From Minisyncoccota bacterium (GTDB lineage Bacteria; Patescibacteriota; Minisyncoccia; Phycocordibacterales; UBA6899), in assembly GCA_035583355.1 (NCBI GenBank), contig DATEZQ010000003.1, positions 129,844 through 193,843 of the forward strand: DNA of 64,000 nucleotides, given 5' to 3'. Positions 53,459-62,252 of this stretch are shown here, piece after piece (position 1 is the stretch's first letter; every line of letters begins with the position of its first letter). A program made the position numbers and the translations under genes. Under the pieces are notes generated by a model, which was not told the DNA's origin, did not search any database, and saw nothing but the letters and a program-made list of their open reading frames with translations.

Positions 53459-54856
53459 TTATTTTTGAAGAAGGTACTTCATGACATCTTCGACGCCATA
53501 GGTGCCATCTTCACTAGAAATCAATTTGCGAACGAAGGATACGTCATCGCCGAGTGTAATGACTGAGGGTGCATCTGCGCTTGCCTTTGTCGTATTCGAC
53601 AAGAGGCCATTGCAGAGACATTCGGCACCAACAGTGTCCGCTTCCTTGCCACCCTTGCGCACGTAGTTGTCGATTGGTTCAGCAGGGCAGCGGAATCCGA
53701 TCTTTCCTGAATCGTCCACATAGGGACGTAGGAGGAGTCCTTGATCGCAGAGGCGCTTGCGCCCTGCGAGGACTGCTCGGTCGGCTATCGTTCCTTCGAG
53801 ATCGACCACCTTGAAGGGGAAGCCGGTCGGAGAAAGATTGAGATCAGTGCGCGTACGTGCTTCACCGCGATAAATTCTTCGCAGTAATTCGCGTCGCAGG
53901 TCGTCACGTAATCCCGAGTCTCGAGAGAGTGCAAAGATCGAGCCGACTTGAATTCCTGACGCGCCGTTCTCGAGTGCCCACGCAAGACCTTCCGGGGACG
54001 CGAGTCCTCCGCCGATCCAGAAGGGGATTCCGAATTCGCGCATCTTCGCGAGATTAGCGAAATCTTTCTCACCATAGATCGGTTCTCCTTCTTCATCGAG
54101 GACGATGCTGCCTCGCGGGGGAGCATTGTGTCCACCTGCGGAAGGCCGTTCGATGACGAAGGCTTGGATCGATCCATTGCTCTTCTTCATCAGGTACGAT
54201 GCTGCTGCATCGGTGGTGATGATCGGGATGAAGTCGGGACGCTTGAGCCCCGCGAGTGAAGTGCCAAAGAATTTCTTGACATCGAACTCAGAGAGGTAAG
54301 AACCACCACTATCGAGCGAAATGTTGTAGGAGGGATTTCCTCCTGCAGCGATCACGTCGAGCATGCCGGGCACCTTATTGGGGAGCCCTGCGCCCATCGT
54401 TACTGCATCAACGCCCGCGAGCATTGCACCGACGATGTTGTAGGTGTGTTGGAGCTGGACCTTCTCGAGGTAGTTGATGGTGATGGGCTGATTGTGTCCC
54501 TCTTTGGCGAGCCAGACGAATGCGAAGTTCGCGCAGACCGTGAGCGCAATGAGTTTGTCACTCGGGCGCTCGAGGAACTGCTGCAGTAGTGTGAATCGTT
54601 GTCCTGGCTGCAGGCCGCCGTCGATGTAGTAGCGATTGATAATCTCTTCAGCAATCGCAGGGAAGGGGAAGTGGCTGAGGGCTCGACGGATGTGCCCACC
54701 AGGATCTCCGAGCTGGAGCGTGCGGACCATGATGCGGTCTGCCATGACGCCCGAAACGGTACCGAGGCCACCGTGCTGTGCAACTTTATTTGCGAGTCCA
54801 AACGTCGAGATATCAACGCCCATTCCGCCTCCGCGGACTTCATGATGATTATCCAT
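53459..54856 (-). CDS. nitronate monooxygenase (NMO/2-nitropropane dioxygenase, FabK-like) family protein
   Basis: TIM-barrel FMN-binding motifs. 465 aa, unusually long. The gene is relatively GC-rich. Confidence 0.7.
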   Translation of the reverse strand: MDNHHEVRGGGMGVDISTFGLANKVAQHGGLGTVSGVMADRIMVRTLQLGDPGGHIRRALSHFPFPAIAEEIINRYYIDGGLQPGQRFTLLQQFLERPSDKLIALTVCANFAFVWLAKEGHNQPITINYLEKVQLQHTYNIVGAMLAGVDAVTMGAGLPNKVPGMLDVIAAGGNPSYNISLDSGGSYLSEFDVKKFFGTSLAGLKRPDFIPIITTDAAASYLMKKSNGSIQAFVIERPSAGGHNAPPRGSIVLDEEGEPIYGEKDFANLAKMREFGIPFWIGGGLASPEGLAWALENGASGIQVGSIFALSRDSGLRDDLRRELLRRIYRGEARTRTDLNLSPTGFPFKVVDLEGTIADRAVLAGRKRLCDQGLLLRPYVDDSGKIGFRCPAEPIDNYVRKGGKEADTVGAECLCNGLLSNTTKASADAPSVITLGDDVSFVRKLISSEDGTYGVEDVMKYLLQK

Positions 54857-54976
54857 GTTCGCCTCCTATAGGCAAAGAACTGCACGAAGTCTGTTTTGTA
54901 GTGCGCTGTGAGAAGCATACAACAACTACACCATAAATCAAATGTTTGTTACTAAAAAACCCTGCAGGAGGGTAGT

Positions 54977-55588
54977 TTAGATTCCGCGCAGAATGATGTT
55001 ATGCAAGAAGTCGATAACAGGAGCAATATAGCTGGAGAGGAAGAAGACGAAGAGGAGCAAGATGATTACGCCCTGGTGCTCCATGAAGTAGACGAACTTC
55101 GCATAGCGCGCGGAGAGGAATGAGGTAAATACTTTGAATCCGTCGAGCGGCGGAATTGGAACGAGATTGAAAACCATGAGCGCAAGATTGATGTCGACGA
55201 TAGCGATCAGCATGCTTTGCATAGAACCACTGATATATGGCGCTGCCATGCGCGTGATGAATCCAAAGATGATTGCGATAAGGAAATTTGTAGCAGGCCC
55301 TGCAGCGGCAACGAGTGCTTCGCCCCAGCGCTGGTTCCTCAGGTTGTATGGATTATAAGGGACCGGCTTTGCCCATCCGAATGGGACCTTAAAGAGAAGG
55401 ATCGAGAAGAGGGGGACAACAAAAGAGCCGATGGGGTCAAAGTGTTTTGCGGGATTCAATGTGAGTCTTCCAGAGAGGCGAGCGGTAGGGTCCCCAAGAG
55501 AAAGTGCCATGTAGCCGTGTGCGACTTCATGGGCGATGACCGAGAGGATAAGTATTCCAAGTCCAGCGATAGCGAGTTCAGGTGTCAT
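54977..55588 (-). CDS. site-2 protease (peptidase M50) family zinc metalloprotease
   Basis: HEVAHGY zinc motif, membrane-embedded. The start is taken at Met 55588 rather than the ORF maximum 55717. Confidence 0.6.
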   Translation of the reverse strand: MTPELAIAGLGILILSVIAHEVAHGYMALSLGDPTARLSGRLTLNPAKHFDPIGSFVVPLFSILLFKVPFGWAKPVPYNPYNLRNQRWGEALVAAAGPATNFLIAIIFGFITRMAAPYISGSMQSMLIAIVDINLALMVFNLVPIPPLDGFKVFTSFLSARYAKFVYFMEHQGVIILLLFVFFLSSYIAPVIDFLHNIILRGI

Positions 55589-55639
55589 GGAGGTATTGTA
55601 GCAGAAGAAGGAGGAGGGGAGAAGAAGCAAAAAATACAA

Positions 55640-55745
55640 GGGAATAAGGGGATAAGGGGATAAGGATGGAAGAAATTCGGTTATTTCTACTTTGGTCTGT
55701 TTTGTATTTAACCTCATTCCCTCATTCCCTTATACCCTTATTCCC
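55640..55745. repeat. long imperfect inverted repeat upstream of the M50 protease gene
   Basis: Left arm gggaataaggggataaggggataagg at 55640-55665. Right arm cctcattccctcattcccttatacccttattccc at 55712-55745. About 22 of 26 positions pair, with a 46-bp spacer. Confidence 0.7.
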
Positions 55746-55834
55746 TGCATTGAGCATTTTCTCCATTAACGCCTTGCCTTTTTCGTACTTATGTGATAAT
55801 CTGCCAAGTACTTAACGCAATTAATCTTATACGT

Positions 55835-56053
55835 ATGGCATCAACGAATATCTGCGTGCTTTGTGCGAAGGGAACCCGCGTCGCAGGGGGTTACTCAAAT
55901 CGCGTCCGCGCAACAAAATTCAATCCAACGGGGAACGTCCGCAAGTACCCAAATCTTCAGTGGGCAACTCTTCCCGAGACGATCGGTGGTGGCCGCATTA
56001 AGATCTGCACACGCTGTCTCAAGGGCAACAAGCACATTGAGCTCGCAAAGTAA
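55835..56053 (+). CDS. rpmB: 50S ribosomal protein L28
   Basis: CVLCAKGTRVAGGYSNRVRATKFNPTGNVRKYPNLQ...ICTRCLK. The terminator aaacaccc-tat-gggtgttt plus T follows at 56053-56080. Confidence 0.7.
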   Translation: MASTNICVLCAKGTRVAGGYSNRVRATKFNPTGNVRKYPNLQWATLPETIGGGRIKICTRCLKGNKHIELAK

Positions 56054-56162
56054 AACACCCTATGGGTGTTTTACTTTTTTAGGACATATAATTCCATATA
56101 TTGACAACTATAAGAATTAGTTGTATTATATATACATTACCCTTTGGGGTATTTGATAAGGA

Positions 56163-56411
56163 GTGCAGATGCACACCGTAGTTACGCCATCCCTTCTTCC
56201 CATCCTCCTAGTGTTCGCTTTCGTCTTCGCGATGTGGGCCGTTTACTGGGGCTTGTTCTATCTTGTTGGGCTCCTCATTCCCTGCTACCGCTGGAACGGA
56301 GTTTTCAACAATCGCTGGGAGCTCAAGGTGCTCTCGCTCGGCCTTGGGGTATTCGCGTCCTTGGGGACACTCGTGGTCCTTGCGGTGTACTATGGCCCGC
56401 GCTCGTGCTGA
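56163..56411 (+). CDS. small membrane protein, hypothetical
   Basis: SD taaggag plus ATG. Two TM helices. Confidence 0.5.
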   Translation: MQMHTVVTPSLLPILLVFAFVFAMWAVYWGLFYLVGLLIPCYRWNGVFNNRWELKVLSLGLGVFASLGTLVVLAVYYGPRSC

Positions 56412-56470
56412 TCAGTTCTTCTTCCTCAGGGAGGCAATGTGCCTCCCTGTTTTTCTATAAAACAAACGCC

Positions 56471-57910
56471 TCAAGCGAGGTGTTTGTTTGTTATGCGTTG
56501 ATTGTTTATTAAATTGATGATGAATGGAATGATGCCGAGGAAGAGTCCACCGAAGCCTATTGCTATCGTGGTCTTATCAAGTGTATTAATGCTATAGAGT
56601 GACACAGAGACAAGAAAGAGTGCAGAGATGAGTGGCCACAGTATCTTCAGGAGCAAGTCGCGTACATTCCAAAGCGACTTTCGATAGTGCCAAGCACATG
56701 CGAAGCCCGTCATACTATAATAGAAGGCAACTTGAAGGACGGTTGCGTTAATCGCCGCCTTCACGACATATGCTGCGGAGTGTGAATGCACCGAGAAGAT
56801 GAAGAGTGCGGTGCTGACGCTCCATATGATAAGAATCGCGAGCCATGGGCTATTCCACTTTGCGTAGATTTTTTGATAACGTTTGTGCAGCGCACCTGCT
56901 CTACTCATAGAGAAGAGTGTCTTTATGAATTGGAGGATCGATGCTTCAATCGCACCGATGCTCGAGAGAAGTATTGTCACGACGGCAATAGTGCCGAGAG
57001 GCTTTGGAAAAAGCATATTCGCGACGTCGAAGACAACATTTGTACCTGATGCAGCGATCTGTTCTGGCGAGAGGGTGGAGTAGATAGCCATCATCGAGAG
57101 CATGGTAAGCGCAGCGACGACAATCATGACTGCCGAGACACTTTTCGTAATCCCATTGTTTGCAGTTGATGTTTCCTCTCCTACGTTCATTGCAACATCC
57201 CAGCCCCAGAAGAAGAAGAGGGCAATAAGCGTGCTCGAGACAAATGATTCTCTAGTGAACGAAGAAATGAGAAAAGGAAATTCAGGAAGTGTTCCACTTT
57301 TGAACACAAAAAGGTGATAGGCCGCAGCAATGATGATCGACAGCATGGTGACCAGACTCAGGCTTGTAACGAAGGTCTCAATCTTACTTGCAAAGCGAAG
57401 TCCGCGAAGGACGATGAAATTTATAAGTGAAAGAATAGCAACGCCGAGGATGGTGATGAGTGTTTTGTTCTCTGCAAATGCAGGGTTGATGACGCTGAGT
57501 ATCCCGGTTGCAGCGGGAGGCGCTGCAGAAACAAGATAGATGACCGAGGCGACGAGTACGGCCCACCCCGAGAGAAAGCCAAGTGCCTTACCGAAGATCT
57601 CAGTGACCCAAGTAAACGATGCTCCATCATCAACCTTCAGTTTGTTGAGGTGAATGAAGGACAGCGTAATTCCGAAGATCATAAGACCCGAATAGAGTAT
57701 GCTCGCTGGCGCAAGATTCCCTGCCGTAGAGAGTAGTGCTGCTGCAGCAGCGGCGATGCTGAGTGCAGGAGAAGTTCCTCCGATTCCGAGAAATATTGAG
57801 TCGATTGTGGCGATCTTTCTTTCCTGTGTTTCTTGTGTATGCATAACAGTGTTTCCATTATATCGTATTTTTGTGTATCTACTTTGAAATATCGATGATG
57901 GCAGTTCCAT
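56471..57910 (-). CDS. APC-family amino acid permease
   Basis: About 12 TM helices with APC superfamily topology. An alternative start lies at Met 57844. Confidence 0.8.
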   Translation of the reverse strand: MELPSSIFQSRYTKIRYNGNTVMHTQETQERKIATIDSIFLGIGGTSPALSIAAAAAALLSTAGNLAPASILYSGLMIFGITLSFIHLNKLKVDDGASFTWVTEIFGKALGFLSGWAVLVASVIYLVSAAPPAATGILSVINPAFAENKTLITILGVAILSLINFIVLRGLRFASKIETFVTSLSLVTMLSIIIAAAYHLFVFKSGTLPEFPFLISSFTRESFVSSTLIALFFFWGWDVAMNVGEETSTANNGITKSVSAVMIVVAALTMLSMMAIYSTLSPEQIAASGTNVVFDVANMLFPKPLGTIAVVTILLSSIGAIEASILQFIKTLFSMSRAGALHKRYQKIYAKWNSPWLAILIIWSVSTALFIFSVHSHSAAYVVKAAINATVLQVAFYYSMTGFACAWHYRKSLWNVRDLLLKILWPLISALFLVSVSLYSINTLDKTTIAIGFGGLFLGIIPFIINLINNQRITNKHLA

Positions 57911-57956
57911 AGAGGGAGGCGTGCGTGCAGTGTGACAATACTATATAATATATAGT

Positions 57957-60836
57957 ATGCAGTTGAATCACAGCGCAGCTATTTTGGTGCTCCTGAGTAT
58001 GCTTGCCTTCGTTGCACATGCAGAAAATTCCACGAGGCCGGTGGAGCTTTCTGGTGTGGCAACAACAAGTAATGCAGTAATCGATCAGACCGCTCCAGGA
58101 CCGGTTTTCCTTGATTGGAGTATGTCGGGTGCTGACAGTATATTTGAATTTTATATGCCATGGGGAATCAATGGTATCCGTGCAGAACTTTTACAGAACG
58201 ATGAAGTTATTGCAACAACATCGTTGCTTGCGCGGACGCCTTTTGTGCAGCGAGCGGAGTTTAACCTGAAAAAACCCGGTGATGGAGTGTACGCATATCG
58301 AGTTAATCTCTGTTCGGGTGAAGCGACGAGTACAGGTTGCACTACAAGTCACATGGTATCAGTCAGTGTGCGTAAGGGGGAAGCTATCCTCGAGTCAGCA
58401 TTACCCGAGGATGAGCAGTCGATAGAGCGGTTGCAAGAACTCAAAGATGTAGAGCTCGATCGTACTGCTGCGCGCATGGAGGCTGAGATGGTGCGCATGC
58501 GAGGTCTTGTGCCGAGCGGTAATCAGCAACAGCTTAGCCTAGAGATGCATGCAGAGCGAAATATTGAGCGAATAAGACGTCTGATTACATCGGATGTTCG
58601 GCGTGTGCTCTTTGCACCGGCCAATACGATTTCACGCTCAGCGTTTTTTGAGGCAGCACAGAAATTTCCCGCATTTTGCAATGAGTCAAATGGTCGAGAA
58701 TCACTTGATACTGCTTGTGCTCGTGAACTTTCTGCAATCATTGCCTTTATTACGTATTACACAGGTTCGGATACTTCCAGTAGTAGGTCAGGCATGCAAT
58801 ATCCAAGAGGGGCAGTTTCATTTCTTGGGAACGATGCATCAAGATTCATGCAAATAATTCCTGGCAAGGAGGAAACCCTAGAAGGGCGTATCAAAGAGCA
58901 TCCCGACGATGCATTGCTCGCGCTTTTTTGGTGGTATATGACACCGCAGAGTCCTGAACCCGATCCGCATAGCGCGCTTCTTGGTATATGGCAACCGAAT
59001 GCTATTGATAAGACGAGGAACATTGCTCCTGGTTTTGGAGCAGCGATAAATATTGCTACGCACGGCAGGAGCTGTCACGGTGGAGATGTATTACCACAAG
59101 GGTATGTATTGCGCACATTATATAAGGGATTCCTTAGCGTATTTAATGTTCGTGACGAGTACACTGATCTCTGTGAAGAACAGTCGGCGTTTGGGATTGG
59201 GGGGTCTGCATTTCTACCACAATACTGGGAACCGGGGCGAGATGGCGGATACTGTACGCTCGACTTTAGAGAAAATAAATATTTTTTGCAGAATCCTATG
59301 AGTTTTAGTCTCTGCAGCTCTACCTCGCGCGGGGTCGCCACAACAACACATCCAATGTTGCAAGAAAGTTTTGCTGCTGCGGCACATTTATTGAATGTCA
59401 TGATGGATCGAATCGGCCCGGGAGAAGGTTTGCATGCAAAAAGTAGTATGCCAGACATGCGCACGCAACTTAGTGCAACAATCGTGGGGACATATCCCTA
59501 CTGGAGGGCATACGATGGAGATACTCAACCCGAGCAGCTCCCACTTACAAAGCTCAATACGCTATTTTTTGAAATCGCATCTCCTGGGCAAGAAGGTGAG
59601 CTCTTGCTGCATGATGAGAGACTTATGAACAATGAAGTCTTTGCAGGAGACTGCTATCGCGAGGACTGTGCGCGAGGACTACTCCATCAATTCGCACTTA
59701 TACATGAGCGTTATCCGAAATTGAATATCATAATGAGTATTGGTGGATGGGATGGATCTGCTCATTTCGCGAAATTAAGTGACACAAAGAAGCGCAATAG
59801 ATTTGTCACCGAAGTGCATACTTTGCTTGCACAGCACCCTGAGATCAGGGGCGTAGATATCAACTGGATGTACCCAAGTAATCTACCCGGTAATGATTTG
59901 ATAAATCCTGGAGGAGACAGGGAGACGATGAGACAAATCATGATTGCGCTTCGTGATATGGAAAATAGATTATATGAAGATGATGGGGTGGTGCGAAAAC
60001 TCTATCTCGGGGTTGGTGCAGGTGCGGATAATATTAATGCAGCTGGTCTCGGCGAGGTTGCCTCGCTTGTTGATGGTGTGCATCTTGCTACTTATGATCT
60101 CCACGGACCATGGGAAAAGGAAACGGGCCATGGGGCGCAGCTCTTCGCGACGAATATTGGTACCGATGTACTTAGTGTTGCATCTGTGGTGACACTCGCA
60201 CGCAAGGCAGGGGTGCCTGCAAAGAAGATATTGATTGGAATTCCCTATTACGGAAGGATGTGGAGCGGAGTAGAACCTGGCTCGAATCCACTACTCCCCG
60301 GATTTGGAACTCCAACGAATGCGACAAGTAGCGCAACGCTTATCGATTACCGAACAATTGCAACGCATGTTCTTGGGAAAGGGCAATATCAATTTTATGA
60401 GGATGCGCTGCGTGGAGCAGTGTATCTTTACGACGGAGATCGATTTATTTCGTATGACGCGCCTGAGATGATTGAAAAGAAAATGCAATATGCATGGCAA
60501 GATGGTTTTGGGGGAGTACTTCTTGCGGATATTATGGGAGATGATGGGACACTTCAGGATAAAGTGCTTAGCGTGGTTGCAGCTCAATCTGAAAAGAAGA
60601 CATGTAGGCTTTCAAGAAAGCCAGATCGAAACCTTGCCGCAAATAGTCGAGGTGCTGATGTCTTTGCGCTGCAGACATTCCTCGCATGTCTTGGGAATAT
60701 TCCTGAACACATCGATATCAATGGAAATTACGGAGCCGCAACAGAAGCAGGGGTTAAGTTATTCCAGAAAGCCGAAGGATTGGAAGTCACTGGTGTTGTC
60801 GGCAAGGAAACAAGGGAGCGCCTTAGCAAATTCTGA
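57957..60836 (+). CDS. secreted GH18 chitinase-like (catalytic motif degenerate) protein with C-terminal peptidoglycan-binding domain
   Basis: Signal peptide. GH18 SIGGW motif (LNIIMSIGGWDGS). The catalytic DxxDxDxE is replaced by RGVDINWMYP. C-terminal PG_binding_1-like segment ADVFALQTFLACLG...TGVVGKETRERL. Confidence 0.75.
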   Translation: MQLNHSAAILVLLSMLAFVAHAENSTRPVELSGVATTSNAVIDQTAPGPVFLDWSMSGADSIFEFYMPWGINGIRAELLQNDEVIATTSLLARTPFVQRAEFNLKKPGDGVYAYRVNLCSGEATSTGCTTSHMVSVSVRKGEAILESALPEDEQSIERLQELKDVELDRTAARMEAEMVRMRGLVPSGNQQQLSLEMHAERNIERIRRLITSDVRRVLFAPANTISRSAFFEAAQKFPAFCNESNGRESLDTACARELSAIIAFITYYTGSDTSSSRSGMQYPRGAVSFLGNDASRFMQIIPGKEETLEGRIKEHPDDALLALFWWYMTPQSPEPDPHSALLGIWQPNAIDKTRNIAPGFGAAINIATHGRSCHGGDVLPQGYVLRTLYKGFLSVFNVRDEYTDLCEEQSAFGIGGSAFLPQYWEPGRDGGYCTLDFRENKYFLQNPMSFSLCSSTSRGVATTTHPMLQESFAAAAHLLNVMMDRIGPGEGLHAKSSMPDMRTQLSATIVGTYPYWRAYDGDTQPEQLPLTKLNTLFFEIASPGQEGELLLHDERLMNNEVFAGDCYREDCARGLLHQFALIHERYPKLNIIMSIGGWDGSAHFAKLSDTKKRNRFVTEVHTLLAQHPEIRGVDINWMYPSNLPGNDLINPGGDRETMRQIMIALRDMENRLYEDDGVVRKLYLGVGAGADNINAAGLGEVASLVDGVHLATYDLHGPWEKETGHGAQLFATNIGTDVLSVASVVTLARKAGVPAKKILIGIPYYGRMWSGVEPGSNPLLPGFGTPTNATSSATLIDYRTIATHVLGKGQYQFYEDALRGAVYLYDGDRFISYDAPEMIEKKMQYAWQDGFGGVLLADIMGDDGTLQDKVLSVVAAQSEKKTCRLSRKPDRNLAANSRGADVFALQTFLACLGNIPEHIDINGNYGAATEAGVKLFQKAEGLEVTGVVGKETRERLSKF

Positions 60837-61025
60837 TCGGAACCACCCACTGGGGTGGTTTTCTTGATACCTTGCAAAAATGCCAAAATATAGTATAGTT
60901 CCAGGACCTGATCGATTTACTGCACCGCATTACTATGTGGATGCACAGGTGAAGAAAGAAGGTGTAAGTAGTGGGGAAATCCTGCTACTGAATAAATTAC
61001 TTCAATTAATTCAATAATCTGGCTC

Positions 61026-61442
61026 ATGCCAACACTCAACCAATTGAAGCGTAAGGCCCGCAAGGCGCCTGTGCGCAAGTCAAAGACAGTGGCACTCGGT
61101 CGTGGATTCAATGCAATCCAGAACCGTCCAAATGTCTACGCATCACCTTTCAAGCGTGGTGTATGTACAAAGGTTTCTACAAAGACCCCACGTAAGCCTA
61201 ACTCTGCTATCCGAAAGATCGCACGTGTTCGCCTTACCAACGGTATGGAAATCACTGCCTATATCCCAGGTATGGGACATAAGCTCCAGGAGCACTCAGT
61301 CGTCGTCGTTCGCGGTGGTCGCGTGAAGGACCTCGGTCTTCGCTATACGATCGTTCGCGGTCGTCTCGATGCAGCAGGTGTCGAGAAGCGTAAGCAGGGT
61401 CGCTCACTTTACGGTGCTAAGCGCCCTAAGGCAGCTAAGTAA
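61026..61442 (+). CDS. rpsL: 30S ribosomal protein S12
   Basis: [13 protein letters not shown] ... PNSAIRK ... [18 protein letters not shown]. Confidence 0.95.
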   Translation: MPTLNQLKRKARKAPVRKSKTVALGRGFNAIQNRPNVYASPFKRGVCTKVSTKTPRKPNSAIRKIARVRLTNGMEITAYIPGMGHKLQEHSVVVVRGGRVKDLGLRYTIVRGRLDAAGVEKRKQGRSLYGAKRPKAAK

Positions 61443-61472
61443 TTATTGGTCCATTCCTAAGAAAATAATATT

Positions 61473-61943
61473 ATGCGTCGACCAGTAAAGAATCGTAATA
61501 TCCGCCAGGCGGACTTCAAGTACAACTCACTTGATATCTCACAGCTCGTAAACTACGTCATGTGGGATGGTAAGAAGACAATCGCAGAGGCAGTCGTTTA
61601 TGACTGTATGGATGAGATTGCAAAGAAGACAAAGGTGGAGAATCCATCTGAAGTCCTCAAGGCAGCTATCCAGAACGCAGGTCCTTTGATCGAAATCCGT
61701 TCACGTCGTGTCGGTGGTGCAAACTACCAGGTTCCACGTGAGGTTCGTGACGAGCGTCGCCGTTTCCTCGCTCTCCGTTGGATCATCGGTGCAGCTCGTG
61801 CAAAGAAGGGTGTCAAAATGGCAACCAAGCTTGCAGATGAGATCATCGCAGCATCAAAGAATGAAGGTGAGGCTATTAAGAAGCGCGACAACGTGCACAA
61901 GATGGCCGAAGCAAATAAGGCGTTCGCGCACTTTGCTTGGTAA
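61473..61943 (+). CDS. rpsG: 30S ribosomal protein S7
   Basis: Typical S7, 156 aa. Confidence 0.95.
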   Translation: MRRPVKNRNIRQADFKYNSLDISQLVNYVMWDGKKTIAEAVVYDCMDEIAKKTKVENPSEVLKAAIQNAGPLIEIRSRRVGGANYQVPREVRDERRRFLALRWIIGAARAKKGVKMATKLADEIIAASKNEGEAIKKRDNVHKMAEANKAFAHFAW

Positions 61944-61946
61944 TAA

Positions 61947-61978
61947 AAATGAACCCCTACTCGGGGTTCATTTTTATT
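61947..61978 (+). terminator. rpsG terminator
   Basis: aatgaacccc-tact-cggggttcatt plus tttt. Confidence 0.75.
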
Positions 61979-62032
61979 ACCAAGAGCGCGAACGCCTTAT
62001 TTGCTCCGCCCATCTTCGTCGTGACCATATTT

Positions 62033-62145
62033 ACGGCACTGGTCTTTTTCGCGTGATCGTCTGCTTTTCGCTTTCGCGGTACCATTGTACCGCTTCAAGC
62101 TCCAAAGCTAGACGCTGACGCGAAAAATACTCAGTGTTTCATGTT
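62033..62145 (+). promoter_or_regulatory. conserved structured intergenic element, copy 2 (upstream of the pilin-RCC1 gene)
   Basis: Homologous to 28567-28680. Outer stem CGCGUGAUCGUC/GACGCUGACGCG and inner hairpin GGUAC-cauu-GUACC, with tail aaaaatactcagtgtttcat. Confidence 0.55.
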
Positions 62146-62252
62146 GTTGGTTGTGTGGCTTCGAAATCTGGGCGGTTTCATAATATAGACCTTGCGTCTC
62201 AGTAAAAAAATCACATAAGTTTCAGTGAAGTCTACATGCTATAATTCCACTA

